Shown in pieces: positions 44,591-57,817 of a stretch of 64,000 bases of DNA; within the stretch, counting starts at the first letter, position 1, and every line of letters starts with the position of its first letter. Below the pieces are notes generated by a model. It searched no databases. It saw only the letters and a list, made by a program, of their open reading frames with translations, and was not told the origin of the DNA. The stretch covers positions 10,726,001 through 10,790,000 of the forward strand of contig OZ024748.1 in NCBI GenBank assembly GCA_964016885.1, given 5' to 3'. Source of the stretch: Eledone cirrhosa. Its lineage: Eukaryota. The translations under genes and the position numbers were made by a program.

Positions 44591-45292
44591 ATAATAATAA
44601 TAATGATAATAATAATAACAATAACAACAACAGTAACAACAACAATGCTGGAATAACTTTCCACTCTGCAATAAGAAAAAAAACAGTTTAAACAAGAGTT
44701 TTAGGTGTTTTTAGTTATTGTTTTTCTTGTTGTTCAGTGATTATTTCTGGGGTGGAGAGGAGCATGGGGACTGGGAGAAGGAAAGGGGGAGGGAGGGAGG
44801 GAGGACTAGTGAGCTCGAGGGGGGTGGGCGGTGGGGTTGTTTTTAAATATACCTAGGTGTTTTTTTTTTATTTGGCTCTTTTTTTCTTCTTCATTTTGTT
44901 GTAGTTCCTCCACGGGTGGGTGGGAGTGGGAGTTGAGTGTGGCGGGGTGGGAGAAGGGAGAGGTGCGGAACGTGTCAGTGGTGGTGGTGGTGTTGGCGGT
45001 GTTTGTGACATAGGTGTTGTTGGCAACATCGTCACTTGCTCAGCTTTTAGAACACTCAAACGAGAAGCACATCGCCATCTTGTCATAGTTGTTCGACTTC
45101 ACGAACCCCCCACACCCCTCGCCCTCCTTCACCCCCCACCCAGAACCCATCCCCCCACCAAAAATGTTTGTTTGTTTGCTTGTTTGTTCATTTATTTGTT
45201 TGTTAATGTTTTTTTTTCTTTTAAAGATATGCTCTGTCAGTCGACATCAAGGGAGTCGCGCGTGGTTTATGGTGGTGCAAACATGTGATGAA

Positions 45293-45502
45293 TCAGCCAG
45301 ACCAATTGTGAACAATGTCGTCTTTGTCTGGAAGTTTCCGGATTTTCATCGAGCCATCCACACCACAGGACAGCAGGTGGTTCTGTGGGATGACTGTCAC
45401 TTGTGTCACACCAGATGTCGACCCAACATTACGGAAAAACGTGGTTTTGCTGTGTTCTCCGACATAGGAACATACCAGTTGGTGCACGTCTAAACTCCAG
45501 AT
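45293..45502 (-). CDS. DMXL2: DMX-like/rabconnectin-3 alpha, last coding exon (IWSLDVHQLVCSYVGEHSKTTFFRNVGS...LLSCGVDGSMKIRKLP...WSG*)
   Basis: Acceptor tttcag|, 210 nt ending in TGA; matches DMXL1/2 C-terminus EHxKxSxFRNIG...LFSCGADGTxKxRxLP. Probably the single invertebrate co-orthologue of DMXL1/DMXL2. Confidence 0.93.
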   Translation of the reverse strand: MWSLDVHQLVCSYVGEHSKTTFFRNVGSTSGVTQVTVIPQNHLLSCGVDGSMKIRKLPDKDDIVHNWSG

Positions 45503-45809
45503 CTGAAATAAACAAACAGATATTTAATAACTGTTTCCAATTTAGGTATAAGACCAACAACTTGACAAAAGGTTTTTATAAACATACACATACATACACA
45601 CTGACACACATTCATACATTTCATCATCATCGTTCAAGGTCTATCTTCCAAGCTAGCATGGGTTAGATGGGTTTGTCTCAAGTTGGGTCGGGTGACCATG
45701 TTTTGCTCGTATAGGACTGTGTCTGGCTGGATGCCCTTCCTAACACCAACCACATTTACAGTGTGTGCTGGGTGCTTTTTGCCGTGTCTCCTACATGACC
45801 ACTTTACAC

Positions 45810-45841
<32 letters not shown>

Positions 45842-46179
45842 GGTGGCTGCCAACTCGTTTTCGAGTATGGCCACTACTTTATATCCATGTAGGAGAACCC
45901 CTACCGATGCGCTGAACGAGTGTGACTTTTTAGTCCAGCCAGCGACTTGAAAACTCTGGTACAAACACTACACTTGTGACAATTATTGACACATAGTGCT
46001 GGTCCCATGGTACCATGTGATGACAAGTGCAGAGAGATCTCCAGATACAAAGCAATGCCTGTGCCGTGAAGCTTTTATAGTGAGCAAAGGCACTGCACAA
46101 AGCCAGTCCCACTCTCTTAACCAAGATGATATTTACCAAAAAGAAGAACAAGTCAACATCATTGGATACCATCAGGGTT

Positions 46180-46455
46180 GCAGGTGTTATATCAGAGTTT
46201 TCCTTCTCCTAGAATTCTGCCTTGACAAAGGCTAAGGGGTCATCCATCTCTCCCGGTGATTTTGGATGGCCATTGACTCTTAAGAGCTCCTTTGCCCTTT
46301 AACAGGTTTTGTTTTTAGTCCTGCAGGATGTCCAAAGTCACCCTCCTCACCAAGAAACCTTGGTGGGGCTGCCAGTTTAGTCGCCAACGACCCGACCATG
46401 AGACAGGTTGTACTGGGATACATGTTACCAGTAGCACCAACTGGTGACCTGGCAC
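46180..46455. mobile_element. Probable RTE-LINE 5'UTR-derived fragment in DMXL intron
   Basis: cagagttttccttctcctag... and ccatgagacaggttgtactgggatacatgttaccagtagc resemble RTE 5' regions (recognition from memory only). Confidence 0.35.
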
Positions 46456-46570
46456 AGATATATATATATATACACACACATATATTCATACATATACAGA
46501 CACACACAACAGCCTTACATACATATGTATATTTACATACACACACAATGAGTGTGTGTGTGTATCATAC

Positions 46571-46698
46571 CTTGATGTCTCCTTCAGCTGAGCCTGTCAC
46601 AAAGAACCTCTCTTCTGGATCAAGAGCCAAACTCTTGATCGGAGATTCATGAGCCTGGAACGTATGTCGCATTAATCTCTGCCTCATGTCAAATAAGC
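46571..46698 (-). CDS. DMXL2: DMXL exon (CLFDMRQRLMRHTFQAHESPIKSLALDPEERFFVTGSAEGDIK)
   Basis: 128 nt, cag| acceptor, |gtatga donor; WD40 repeat matching DMXL 'FDIRQRQLxHTFQAHDS.IKALALDP.EE.F.TGSAEGNIK'. Confidence 0.95.
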
Positions 46699-47880
46699 CT
46701 GTAATGGGTTAAGGAAAGGGGAGAGAGAGAGAGAGAGAGGGGGAGAGGGGAGAGAGAGAGAGGGGGGGGGGGGGAGGGAGAGAGAGAGAGAGAGAGGGGG
46801 GGGGAGAGGGAGAGAGAGACCCCAATGTTGTTTTGAAGCTTTATTTTATCAATCCCAGAAGGGTCAAAGGTAAAGTTGACCTCATTTTGCCCAACACTAC
46901 CAATACTATCAATTCACCACCTCTATAATAATTGTTTCTACTTTTGGCACAAGGCCAGCAATTATCCCAGTGTATTACTGGTACTTTATTTTATCGACCC
47001 CGTAAGGATGAAAGGCAAAGTTAACCTCGGTGGGATTTTAGCTGAAAACGTAAAGGGCCGCGACTCTATGTCACGAAGCATGTTGTTTGACCCTCTACCG
47101 ATACTGTCAATCCACCACCCTAATAATAAAAATAATAATGGTTTCTTTATTAACCACAAAGGGTTTACATCAATAAAAACATGAAAGTACAGGACGAAAA
47201 CAGAGTGTGTGTGTATGTGTGTGTGTTTTTCAGGTTTTTAATAATAATAAATGTTAGATATGTTGATGTATTCAAAGAAAAACGATTTAGTGATTTAGTG
47301 TGGAATTTCCAGACAACTAAGGTGAACATTGCAACAAGGTCAGTTGGAATAACTGATGAAATATCAGTGTAAATAGCAGACATCCAGTCAGTGAAGAAAT
47401 CATACACATACACACAAACTCACACCGACACAGACACATACTGGCACACACACATTCTGACCTGCACATATAACATATACACAACAACTACACCACCACC
47501 ACCACCAATATGTGTTGGACCTCTGTTGGTTCCCAAAGATGACTATTCCATTTGTTTGACCAACCAACAACACCCAAGTGGCTAAATATTCCACAAATAC
47601 ACAGAGCCTTAAAATAGCTCCCAGGGAGATTCAGTGTGTCATGGCTGACTTGTATTACAAACACATCTCTGTCAGCTGAGTGGACAGAATCAACATGAAA
47701 TAAGTGATTATCTCAAGGACACAATGCACCACCTGAACTTGAACTCATGACCTGAGGATTGTGAGTTAACCTACCACCCTAACCACTAAGTCATGATCCT
47801 TCATACAACACCAACAGCTAAGGTATGTATAAAACCTGATGATGTAAAGTTCAGAATGGAATATAGGAACAATGTCAAAG

Positions 47881-48393
47881 TCAACCCTTTAGCATTTTGA
47901 CAAGAATTCTCTCACCTCTTTCTGTTCAAACTGGCCGTAACCAGCCGCTCATACTTGTGTTGAGGTATTGTTCTCAAAATAAATAATATCAAAATCTCAT
48001 AGATTTGATATTATGTGAGATAATTTTTTTTTTTTTTTTCATTCATTTTACGTTCGGTTTTTCCTTGCTTGCAAGGGTGGGACAGCAACTGATTCTGGAT
48101 GCCCTTCCTAACACCAACCTCATTTACAGTGAGTGCTGGGTGCTTTTTTGCCGCGGCAACTCCACGACCACTTTGCAGTGGAATGATATGGACTCCAGTC
48201 CTATCATCTCATTTCTACAGCTGAGTAAACTGGAGCAATGTGAAATAAAGTGTCTTGCTCAAGGAAACAACACATCACCCGGTCTGGGAAGTGAACTCAC
48301 AACCTTTTGATTGCAAGGCCAATGCTCTTTATGTAAGATAAAGCCTTTACCATGAAAATACAATAGTAAATATAGAGTAATGTAAAGGGTTAA
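47881..48393. mobile_element. piggyBac-like MITE interrupted by a SINE
   Basis: Homologous to 32409-32628; split at duplicated ttatgt(g/a)agataa (48011-48023 / 48329-48341). Confidence 0.75.
48042..48328 (-). mobile_element. tRNA-SINE with RTE-like tail nested in the MITE, 13-bp TSD
   Basis: Family match plus poly-T tail on + and flanking direct repeat. Confidence 0.85.
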
Positions 48394-48408
48394 AGACAAG
48401 AAGGATAC

Positions 48409-48498
48409 AAATTTCTCCTTTTCTGCCACCACTGATGATGAGTTGATGCTGTGGAGCATAGACGATAGCTGGACTTCCGTGTTCATGGCAGGTAAATG
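48409..48498 (-). CDS. DMXL2: DMXL exon (PFTCHEHGSPAIVYAPQHQLIISGGRKGEI)
   Basis: 90 nt, phase 1-1, ttccag| acceptor; matches DMXL 'FTCHDHGA..L.YAPK.QLLISGGRKG'. Confidence 0.95.
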
Positions 48499-48983
48499 CT
48501 GGAAAATAAAGGATAATAGCAACAGTTAGAGGGGGTGGGAGGTTTACTATGGTCAACAGTTAGATATAGAGAGAGGAGGGTTACTATGGGCAACAGCTAG
48601 AGAAGGAGGTTACTATGGTCAACAGTTAAATATAGAGGGGGGGGGGGGCTTATTACTGTCAATAATGTCAACCGTTAGATAGAGAGTTGGTGTGGTGGTA
48701 CAGTCAATAATGTCAACAGTGAGATACATGGCTGGGGGGGGGGGGGGGTTGTTACTGTCAATAAGAAATAATCAATAATATCAACAATTAGACACAAAGA
48801 GGGGGGGACAGTCTGTCAGTCAGTGTCAACAGCTACATGGAGGCGGGGACAGTGTCAGTCATTAATGTCAACAGCTACATGGAGGGGAAATCCTTTGGTC
48901 GACAGTGTCAGAAGCAAGATAGATGTATTTCTCTGGTCAATAGTTAGAGAGGGATGTGATAGATAAAACAAGGTAGTACTGAC

Positions 48984-49128
48984 GATGGACAAGGGCACTT
49001 CGTGTTGGTAGCAAGGTGTCCCAAAGACAAACATTTTTACTCTCCGAAGAATGGCCAGCCGTTGCAATAAGACTGCAGGAACCGACAAAGGTGAAGTCAC
49101 TGGTTGTTTTGTTATGACATTGTAAACT
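48984..49128 (-). CDS. DMXL2: DMXL exon (SLQCHNKTTSDFTFVGSCSLIATAGHSSESKNVCLWDTLLPTRSALVH)
   Basis: 145 nt, ttccag| and |gtcagt; matches DMXL 'QCH.K.TSDF.F..SSSL.AT.GHS...NVCLWDTL'. Confidence 0.95.
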
Positions 49129-49678
49129 CTGGAACAAAAATAAATAAATAGATTAAAAAATAATAACAATAATAATAATAATAATGGTTTCTACTATAGG
49201 CACAAGGGCAGTCATTTTTTGGGGGAAGGCAAAGTAGATTAAATTGACCCCAGTGCATTACTGGTACTTTATTGGTAGTTGTAATGGAATGTTGGGAAAG
49301 AAGGAGTTGGGATATTAGAGAAAAAGAAGTGAAGATTGATGCAAATAATTTAACCATCATTGTCATCATCATCATTAACATCACTATCATTGTCATCAAT
49401 CACCTCCATCATTAACATCACTATCATCATCATCATCATCATCATCATCGTCAACATCACTATCATCATCATCATAACCATCAACTTTAACATCACCTTC
49501 ACCCCTATTACCATCACCACCGTCACCACCACCACCACCACCACCACCATCATCCCCACACAATCCACACCACTGTCACCACCACATCCCCCAACACCAT
49601 CATCATTATCATTTTTACAACAACTTTCCCATGATTTTTAATTAATTAATGAAACAAAACAAAGATAAAATATCTTAC

Positions 49679-49756
49679 CATAATTGGTTTATTGAAATTG
49701 CTCCCGATGCCAACTTGCCAGAGGCACACTGAACCCTCAGCGTCACTGACACAGCA
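49679..49756 (-). CDS. DMXL2: DMXL exon (CCVSDAEGSVCLWQVGIGSNFNKPIM)
   Basis: 78 nt, tttcag| and |gtaaga; matches DMXL 'CGVADGEG.LS.WQV.....KPY'. Confidence 0.92.
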
Positions 49757-51506
49757 CTGAAATAACAGTAAAATCCCTCAATGAATTATAAAAATATAGT
49801 TATCATCATCATCATCATCATCGTTACTGTTTAACGTCCATTTTTGCACGTTAGCATGGGTCACAGGAGATATAATGGTTTCTGATTTAAGCACAAGGCC
49901 GACAATTTTGGGGGAGGGGAAAGTGGATAAATTGATCCCAGTGTGTTACTGGTACTTTATTGAATGTCACGTGGTTGCTGTTTCATATGAAAGAAGACCT
50001 ATAAGCTAAGTAAGCTATAGCTTAGGGCCACATACCCTCAGGGGCCTCATTTAAAAAATATATATATATATCATCATTGTTTAACATTCTTTTTCCACGT
50101 TAGTGAGGGCTAAATGGGTTGTCCCATTAGAGGCAAGTTGGGTTGGGTGACTGTGTCTCACTCATATAGAACTGTTTCTGGCCAGGTTTCTACAGCTGGA
50201 TGCCCTTCTTAATGTCTATTAACATTAATATAAAATGTAATTTTTTTAGAGAAGGGCTTTAAATTGATATAGTTTAGGGCCTGAGCATGATAAAGTCTGA
50301 CCCCGAAGAAGACCATAACCTCAGAGCAACCCATACTTTGTCAGTGAAATTGGTTAGATGGGGACTGTTTGGAAGCCCGTTGGATAGACTGTACCAGTAA
50401 TTCAAAGGGGCCAGGCCAGCCTTGTCACATGCTGTGTCATGTTGATTCTCCCTCAGAATTATATTAAAAGTACTTGTGCCTGTAGAATGCTCAGCCACTT
50501 AGATGTTAATTTCATGCATGAGCTGGGTATTTGGTGGATCAATCAAGTGGAAATTAACAGAATTCCATTCCACATATAACAATATAGATTTTTGACATTT
50601 TAGTCTCAACATATTTTGGGGTAAACAACAATAAAACAATGCTGTGGGGATATAATTTGAAATCAATAATGTATAGGAAACAGACTTACACATAATATAT
50701 GTACACATAGACACACAGACATACAAATAATATATGTACACATAGACACACAGACATACAAATAATATATGTACACATAGACACATACACACTCATACAG
50801 GCATATGCAAAGATATGTACACAGAGACACATACAGACATACATATGCAAAGATATGTACACATAGACACATACATACACATACAAAGATATGTACACAT
50901 ACAAAGATATGTACACATAGACACATACATACACATACAAAGATATGTACACAGACACCTGCAATAACACACACTCATACAGAATCATATACATAGAAAC
51001 ACACACAAATATACACATTCAAAGATGTATACATAGACACACATACATACATACACATGCAAAGATATATAGACGGACACATAAATACATACATACAGTA
51101 ACACACGCATACAGACAAAGATATACACATACATACACACACACATAGAAACACATGCAATGACATATACAATACACACACACATACAGTGACATACACA
51201 GCAACACACACACACATCTTCAGGCAGGTTTGTTGGAGAGTGTCAGCAGAGTCTTCCCACAATTCCACATATCACCATAGTAACAGAGTCAGATCTTCGA
51301 TTAAGTTACAAGAGAACAGCAAAACTGTGTTGAGTGTGACACTTGAGTGCAACTATGTTGTGTGTGACTCTGTTAAGAGTGACTGTGACATGAGTGACTG
51401 TGACATGAGTGACTTTGTCGAGAGCGATTATGTCAAAGATGACTGTGTTCAGAGTGACACTCTGTCGAGATCAACTCTGCCGAGGAGAGCTGAGAGTGCT
51501 ACTTAC

Positions 51507-51637
51507 CTTATTGCCTTGAGCATTGAACAGTGTCCTGGTGACCTTTGAGAAACATCCCGGTTGTCGTAGTAGGGACAATGGTTGGTGATGTCCCCATTCC
51601 CACATACGTACACTGCCATCAGTACTGCCGGTCAGAT
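51507..51637 (-). CDS. DMXL2: DMXL exon (YLTGSTDGSVRMWEWGHHQPLSLLRQPGCFSKVTRTLFNAQGNK)
   Basis: 131 nt, tccag| and |gtaagt; matches DMXL 'YLTGAQDGSVRMFEW...RQ.G...VTR..FN.QGNK'. Confidence 0.95.
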
Positions 51638-52119
51638 CTGGACATACAACAACAACAGTGTAAACATTATAAAAGATGGTTATTTCACTAGATATTGTTT
51701 ATATACATACACGTCAAAATACACACACACACTCATATATATATGTATATATACATGTGTGTGCATGCATATATATATATATATACTCCTTTACAAAGTT
51801 ATATCTGTATATATACAGAGTGGGTTAGTCTTGTAGAAGTAATTTCTATATAAAATAAATATGTAGCTTCTCTACTAATGTATTGAGTTCCTTATTTATC
51901 TGTGGTTGCCTTCTGTTCGTTTTCTGTCTATCTACCTACCTCTCTCTCTCTGTATATATATACATATATGGTGCTTCACATTAATCCTATGTTTAAACAC
52001 CACTCATTAATTTCACTGACAGATACTTAAAAAATGAATTACAACTATATGCTATTGAACACAATGTCCTGTACTGCAGAAAACCACATTACAAAGCCAT
52101 TCTTGAAAATTAAAAAAGT

Positions 52120-52415
52120 AATACTAACATACTAAATTATAGAACAAACAGTACTATGACTAAATTATAGAACAATACTATGACTAAATAATACAACAGT
52201 ACTAACAGACTAAATTATACAACAGTATTCTGACTAAATTATACAACAGTACTAACAGACTAAATTATACAACAGTACTACCAGACTAAATTATACAACA
52301 GTACTAACAGACTAAATTATACAACAGTACTAACAGACTAAATGATACAACAGTACTAACAGACTAAATGATACAACAGTACTAACAGACTAAATTATAC
52401 AACAGTACTATGACC
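52120..52415. repeat. 24-26-bp minisatellite (gactaaattatacaacagtactaaca), about 11 copies
   Basis: Direct tandem periodicity. Confidence 0.9.
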
Positions 52416-52700
52416 CAATTAAAATCTTTCAATATAATTTGATATAAGAACTTTTTGTTAAGTTACAAATACCTTCCTTATAATGATTTTTACTTTAGGC
52501 ACAAAGGGGACGACGACAAGTTGATTAAATTGACCCCTGTACTTTACTGAGGTTGGTGGCCGATAACCCTGGAGTTCTGTGCCCTTCATTTGTATTTTTA
52601 TTTTTAAAAAAACAATATGTTAAGGTTTCCCCTTAAAAAATTGTTTTTGTTTTGCCTTGTTTCTGTTTGTTGTCTTGTCCTCTCTTTGTTAATTTTTTAA

Positions 52701-52756
<56 letters not shown>

Positions 52757-52945
52757 TACTTATACATACATATATATATATACACACACACACACACATT
52801 TATACATACATATATTTATACACACACACACACATATTTATACATATATACATATATATATATATACACACACACATTTATACATATATATATACACACA
52901 CACACACATATTTATACATATATATATATATACACACACACATTT

Positions 52946-52990
<45 letters not shown>

Positions 52991-53065
52991 TATTTATACA
53001 TATATATATATATATATACACACACACATATTTATACATATATATATACACACACACACACATTT

Positions 53066-53098
<33 letters not shown>

Positions 53099-53204
53099 CA
53101 CACACATATTTATACATACATACATATATACACACACACACATCTACAACATTACTGCCCTTGCTCACTCTCCTCTGTCTTTCTATTTCTTTAATTTCTC
53201 ATTC

Positions 53205-53244
53205 TATATTCTGATGAAGGACTAGAGTCCGAAACGTAAATATA
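53205..53244 (+). ncRNA. Minimal type-I hammerhead ribozyme motif (Penelope-associated type)
   Basis: Stem I tatatt/aatata; CTGATGA (53211-53217)+A; stem II GGAC-taga-GTCC; GAAA; palindromic ACGT stem III; predicted cleavage triplet GUA. Confidence 0.7.
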
Positions 53245-53387
53245 TATATATACACACACGCGCGCGCGCGTGCGCGCGTGCGTGCGTGCGTGCGTGCGTG
53301 CGCGCGTGCGTGCGTGCGTGCGTGCGTGTGAAGTGTTCTAACCGAGGAAGCAATAAAAATGAGAAAGAAGAGGAAGGAGTGACTTAC

Positions 53388-53448
53388 AGTGAGGTAGATG
53401 GGGGTGAGCTCCAATACGTCTGACACCAGTGACAGTTCTCTGGATTAT
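53388..53448 (-). CDS. DMXL2: DMXL exon (IIQRTVTGVRRIGAHPHLPH)
   Basis: 61 nt, catcag| and |gtaagt; matches DMXL '..KR.L.NV.RM.SHP..PYY'. Confidence 0.9.
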
Positions 53449-55653
53449 CTGATGAAGCAGGGAGTAAGAGAGAGAGAGAGATAGAGAGAAGGAGAGAGAG
53501 GGGAGAGAAGGAGAGAAAGTTAGAGAGTGAGAGATCAAGTTAGATAGATAGATATAGATAGACAGAGTGAGAGACAGAGACAGATATAGATAGACAGAGA
53601 CAGATATACATAGATAGATAGAGAAAGAGAGAAAGAAAGAGACAGAGAGTGATAGTTAGATAGATATAGAGACAGATATAAATAGATAGACAGATAAAGA
53701 GATAGATAGGTAGAGAGATAGATAGAGATAGATAGATAGGTAGAGAGACAGATAGGAAGGTAGAGAGACAGATAGGAAGGTAGAGAGATAGATATAGATA
53801 GGTAGAGAGACAGATATAGATAGACAGATGAAGATAGGGAAAAAGAAAAAGAGAAAGAAACATTTCATTAAATCATTGCCATTGAATTATCAACATGCAA
53901 ATGCATTACACACATTTTTCATTAACAAAACAGAACAATTAGAAGCTCAAATATCTCAAATGTTATACAAATACATCACATATATATTATATTACTTGTT
54001 AACAGAACAATTGCAGACATAGATATTTCAAATGTTACAACATTTTACAGAAAATCCAATGAAAAAAAATATTGACTGTGTTTATAACAGACACAAAAGA
54101 AAAGAAATGGCAGCCATTTTGTTTTTGGTGGATATAAAAAAAAAACAGAAAAAAGAAATTTAAAAGTATCTGGAAATTAAATTAACTGAAATAAGACATA
54201 CAACTATGGTGTTCAATCATTCTAATGTAAATTGACATGAAGTTAAGGCTTAAATAACACCAGAAAAATTGTGAAAAGCAACAACAATAAAACTAAAGCT
54301 AACTTAAAGAATGTCTTTCTCTGCCTGAAAGGAAGATGACAAAGGTTTTAGATGTACAAAATTGACAAATGGCATGGCAGACAGAAGATGTAAAGTAAAC
54401 TTTGGTGAAACTATAAAGTAATTGTTAAGATGAGAAAGTTCTAAGCACTAAACCAAGAAAAGAAAAGAGCTAATCATTAGATTGGATCAAAGAAGTTATG
54501 TTTCCATTAGTTGTTGTTGCTTGTTTTTCCATTGTTGCTACTTTCTGCTGGTTGCAACTCCTGTCATCAGAGGGGTTACCACTTTTTTGACAACAGGAAG
54601 TGGGATTTGAACTCAGAAATCACAGAACCCAAAAGAGATACCATTATGTGTCACGTCCAACCATTTAATCCTGAATTATGACTGAAATAGTCACTGTCCC
54701 ACTCTAACAGACCCAGAGGCTAGGTAAAAGATATAAAATCAGCATACAACTGGATATACAAAATTCTGTATGCAAACCAAGTATTGAGCCAAGAATACAA
54801 CAAGTATTTTAAGGTAATTTGCCCTGTTAAAGGAGTTAGCGTTGCAGGGCCATGATAGATAAGTTGCATGCTGGCTTTCACATATTTTTGTAGGAAAAGA
54901 TGCGACTTATACACAAATATATAGGGTAAATTATTAAATAATTCACTTTTAACATAACCTTATTTCAGTTGGAGAATTTGGTCTTGGATAAAGTGGAAAT
55001 ATGGAATAAAGGTAAAAAGAACATTTGAAAAGTCTCATTTGTCCCTGCTACAGATTGGTTCCAAATTACGTCACATACAACATACTCAGGGGTGGGGAGG
55101 TCTTGTTGAAAAGTTCTAGGTTTAACTCACTTTTCAAAAACTTCTCCATACACCCTTGAATGTATATCTACAAATGAGTAATGATGTGTTGAAAATGAAA
55201 TTGAGACAGAAATATGAGTGAAGCCATGACTTTTTTGGTACTTCCTCATATATTCAACTTTAGCTGGATCTTACTCAGATGACGTTACTTCTGGCCTGTT
55301 TTCATTTACTAAAGTAATGTCCAAACAATGCTCAAATTTAGTTCATATGAAATTAGACACTATACTTATTATTAAAAATATTTTATAGAAAATCCACTGA
55401 AAATGTCTAACCTAAAATATCTACACAATGGCTACAATGTTAGTTTAAGAAATCATTTAAAGAAATAAAAACTTTTCACTGTATTATTTACTTCTTTGTT
55501 TTATTTGTTTCTTACAAGGAAATTAAATAAGAATTTTGATTCCAGAAGGTCACCAAAATGGTAATTATATATCTTGAAAGAAAGTGGCTAAAAGAGAAGG
55601 GTGTTGCTGGGTTAGATATTGTTCAAAAATTAAATATATATATATATATATAT

Positions 55654-55950
55654 AAGTTTTCGTGAAATAGTCTTCAAGACTATACAGAGCATTTGTAGAT
55701 GTCCCAAATTGAAGGATGAGTATTTTAAACTTTATTTTCTCATGAGTTAAGGCTCTATTGATTCTTCCCTGGATTTCACTAAATTCTGTTGGATGAATCT
55801 ATATCCTGATTCTTTTTGAGTTGAGTTTGAATTATTTTTCCCACATCTTACATTAACTATTTTTCCCATTTTGACGCTATAGTCACTTATATATTATGGA
55901 ATACTGTTGGCTTTTTGCTACAGTATTTTCTATACCTTTCATTTATATAT
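55654..55950. repeat. Unclassified interspersed repeat copy 2 (see 24420-24692)
   Basis: Colinear similarity; (TA)n on both sides. Confidence 0.8.
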
Positions 55951-56570
55951 ATATATATATGTATATGTAACTTTGCTAAGTGTCACCATGCTATCATATT
56001 AACATCTGATAAATTGGTTATTATGCTAGGGTGTCTACTTATAAGGTTAAAGGAAAGATTTCTTCGCAAGACACCAATTAACCCATTTGGTACTAAACTT
56101 TTTAAAACAACTCCCGGTTCTATGATACAAAACTGTTTGTTTTAAAGTGCTTATATTTATATCATATTTATCTAAAAAAAACTTTCCATCATAATTTTAT
56201 GCAAGAACATTTGTCCCAAACACTAGTTTAACCATTTTGGATTCCAATGAACCCCAAACTACCTTTGCTTCTACAAAACAAAACCATCCATTTTAAAGGG
56301 TTCCTATTTAAATTAAAATCTTCCAACATAATTTCATATAAGAACAATATGTTAAGTTACTATCTCAGTAATAAAATAATTAATAATTTTAGTAAACCCC
56401 TCAAAATTCCTCATTAATTAATTAAAATACAGCATATTTCATTAGTAATATGGTATCCAAAGGGTTTATAATGTCACAGTTATATTACTAAAACCCTGAA
56501 AATTATTGCTTATTTTCAAAATTATTTGAAAATCATAGGCAGTGTCTTTCATTAGAAATATACTAAAGAA

Positions 56571-56882
56571 CGAGGGTGAGCTGATTAGTTCATAGGCTGA
56601 CTATGAAGGAGTGATGCTAGAGCTGTGAAATCTTGCTTGCATTAATTTCAACTCTTCCTATTAATAACTGCATTGTTTCATCTCAGGGACTATGTTGAAA
56701 AATAAACCTGATTTGGTCAGCCTATGAAGGAGTGATGGGCTGTGAAATCTTGCTTGTATTAATTTCAATTCTTATTAATAACTGCATTGCTTCTTTCCAG
56801 GGACTATGTTGAAAAATAAACCTCATTTGGTCATTCCATGAGAGTATCTTGGTCAGCCTATGAACTTTTCAGCTGACCCTCA
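56571..56882. mobile_element. Mariner-like MITE with internal ~120-bp tandem duplication
   Basis: TIRs cgagggtgagctgattagttcataggctgac / gtcagcctatgaacttttcagctgaccctca; ctatgaaggagtgatg...gaaaaataaacct duplicated. Confidence 0.7.
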
Positions 56883-57254
56883 TACATAGTTTTAAAATGT
56901 CAATGTCACACTTCTTTCTTTGGTCTTTATTTAATTATTTATACTCTATCGTAAAATAAATTACCCCGCTCCATGAGTTCTCAAAAATGAGTGTTCCAGT
57001 TGTTTGATCATTGAAACAGCTCACTTGTTTAAATTAACATCTGGCATAGAAATGTGTACTCTTAGTATAATGTTTAGAGAAATTCAGTATGACATGCTCT
57101 GACAAAGCTGGATTTTTTTGATTTACAGACACTGGGGTCAATTTAATTGACTTTTCCACTCCCCCAAAATCAGAAACCATTAGAGTACACTCTCGGGAAT
57201 CTCAGGATTGTGAAGCAAACCTCTTTACCATCCAACTAGTTCTATATTCTATAC

Positions 57255-57418
57255 CAGGGTTTCCCAAACCGCAGAACCCTTTTCGGTTCAGAAACTTTAG
57301 TGGGAACCCCAAAGTCTAATACTGTTATATAGTCGTAATATAAATACACTCCTCTACCTTTTTTCACGGGATCCCAGACACTCCTTTGCAGAACTCTTGG
57401 CTTCTGTGGAACCCACTG
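57255..57418. mobile_element. hAT-like MITE
   Basis: cagggtttccca...ggaacccactg with 7/8 TSD ttctatac / ttctctac. Confidence 0.6.
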
Positions 57419-57817
57419 TTCTCTACCATCATTTGTGAACAACAGTGTTGTTGCTTCCAACAGGTCAACCAAAACTAACTTGAAATTTATATAATTACAA
57501 TGATTAAACAATGAGCTGATGAGGAAACCTTTTATGTTATGGCCAGTGATGGACTTAGACTTACCTATAAGTTAAATAATCTATAGCTTAGGGTCACACA
57601 CCCTCGTGGGCCTCATTTTTGAAAATATATATTTATTTTATCATTAGATTTTATTCTTTAACACTAAATCATCAAACATTTTATATATATACATGAGATT
57701 TATAAAAGATTATAAAATATGAAAATATCAAAACATATACACATACATATGCATACATATATAAAAAATAATAAAGAGAATATAAGAACCCTATATACAC
57801 ACACACACACACAAATA

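Larger units (their letters stand above)
46699..48408 (-). other. U12-type (minor spliceosome) GT-AG intron of DMXL
   Basis: 5' site |GTATCCTT (48408-48401); branch site TTTCCTTAAC (46717-46708) followed by CCATTACAG| with no polypyrimidine tract. Confidence 0.9.

Noticed and set aside
53259-53330. (CG)n/(GCGT)n Z-DNA-prone tract
   Set aside because: Common simple repeat in this kind of genome; no specific evidence of function.
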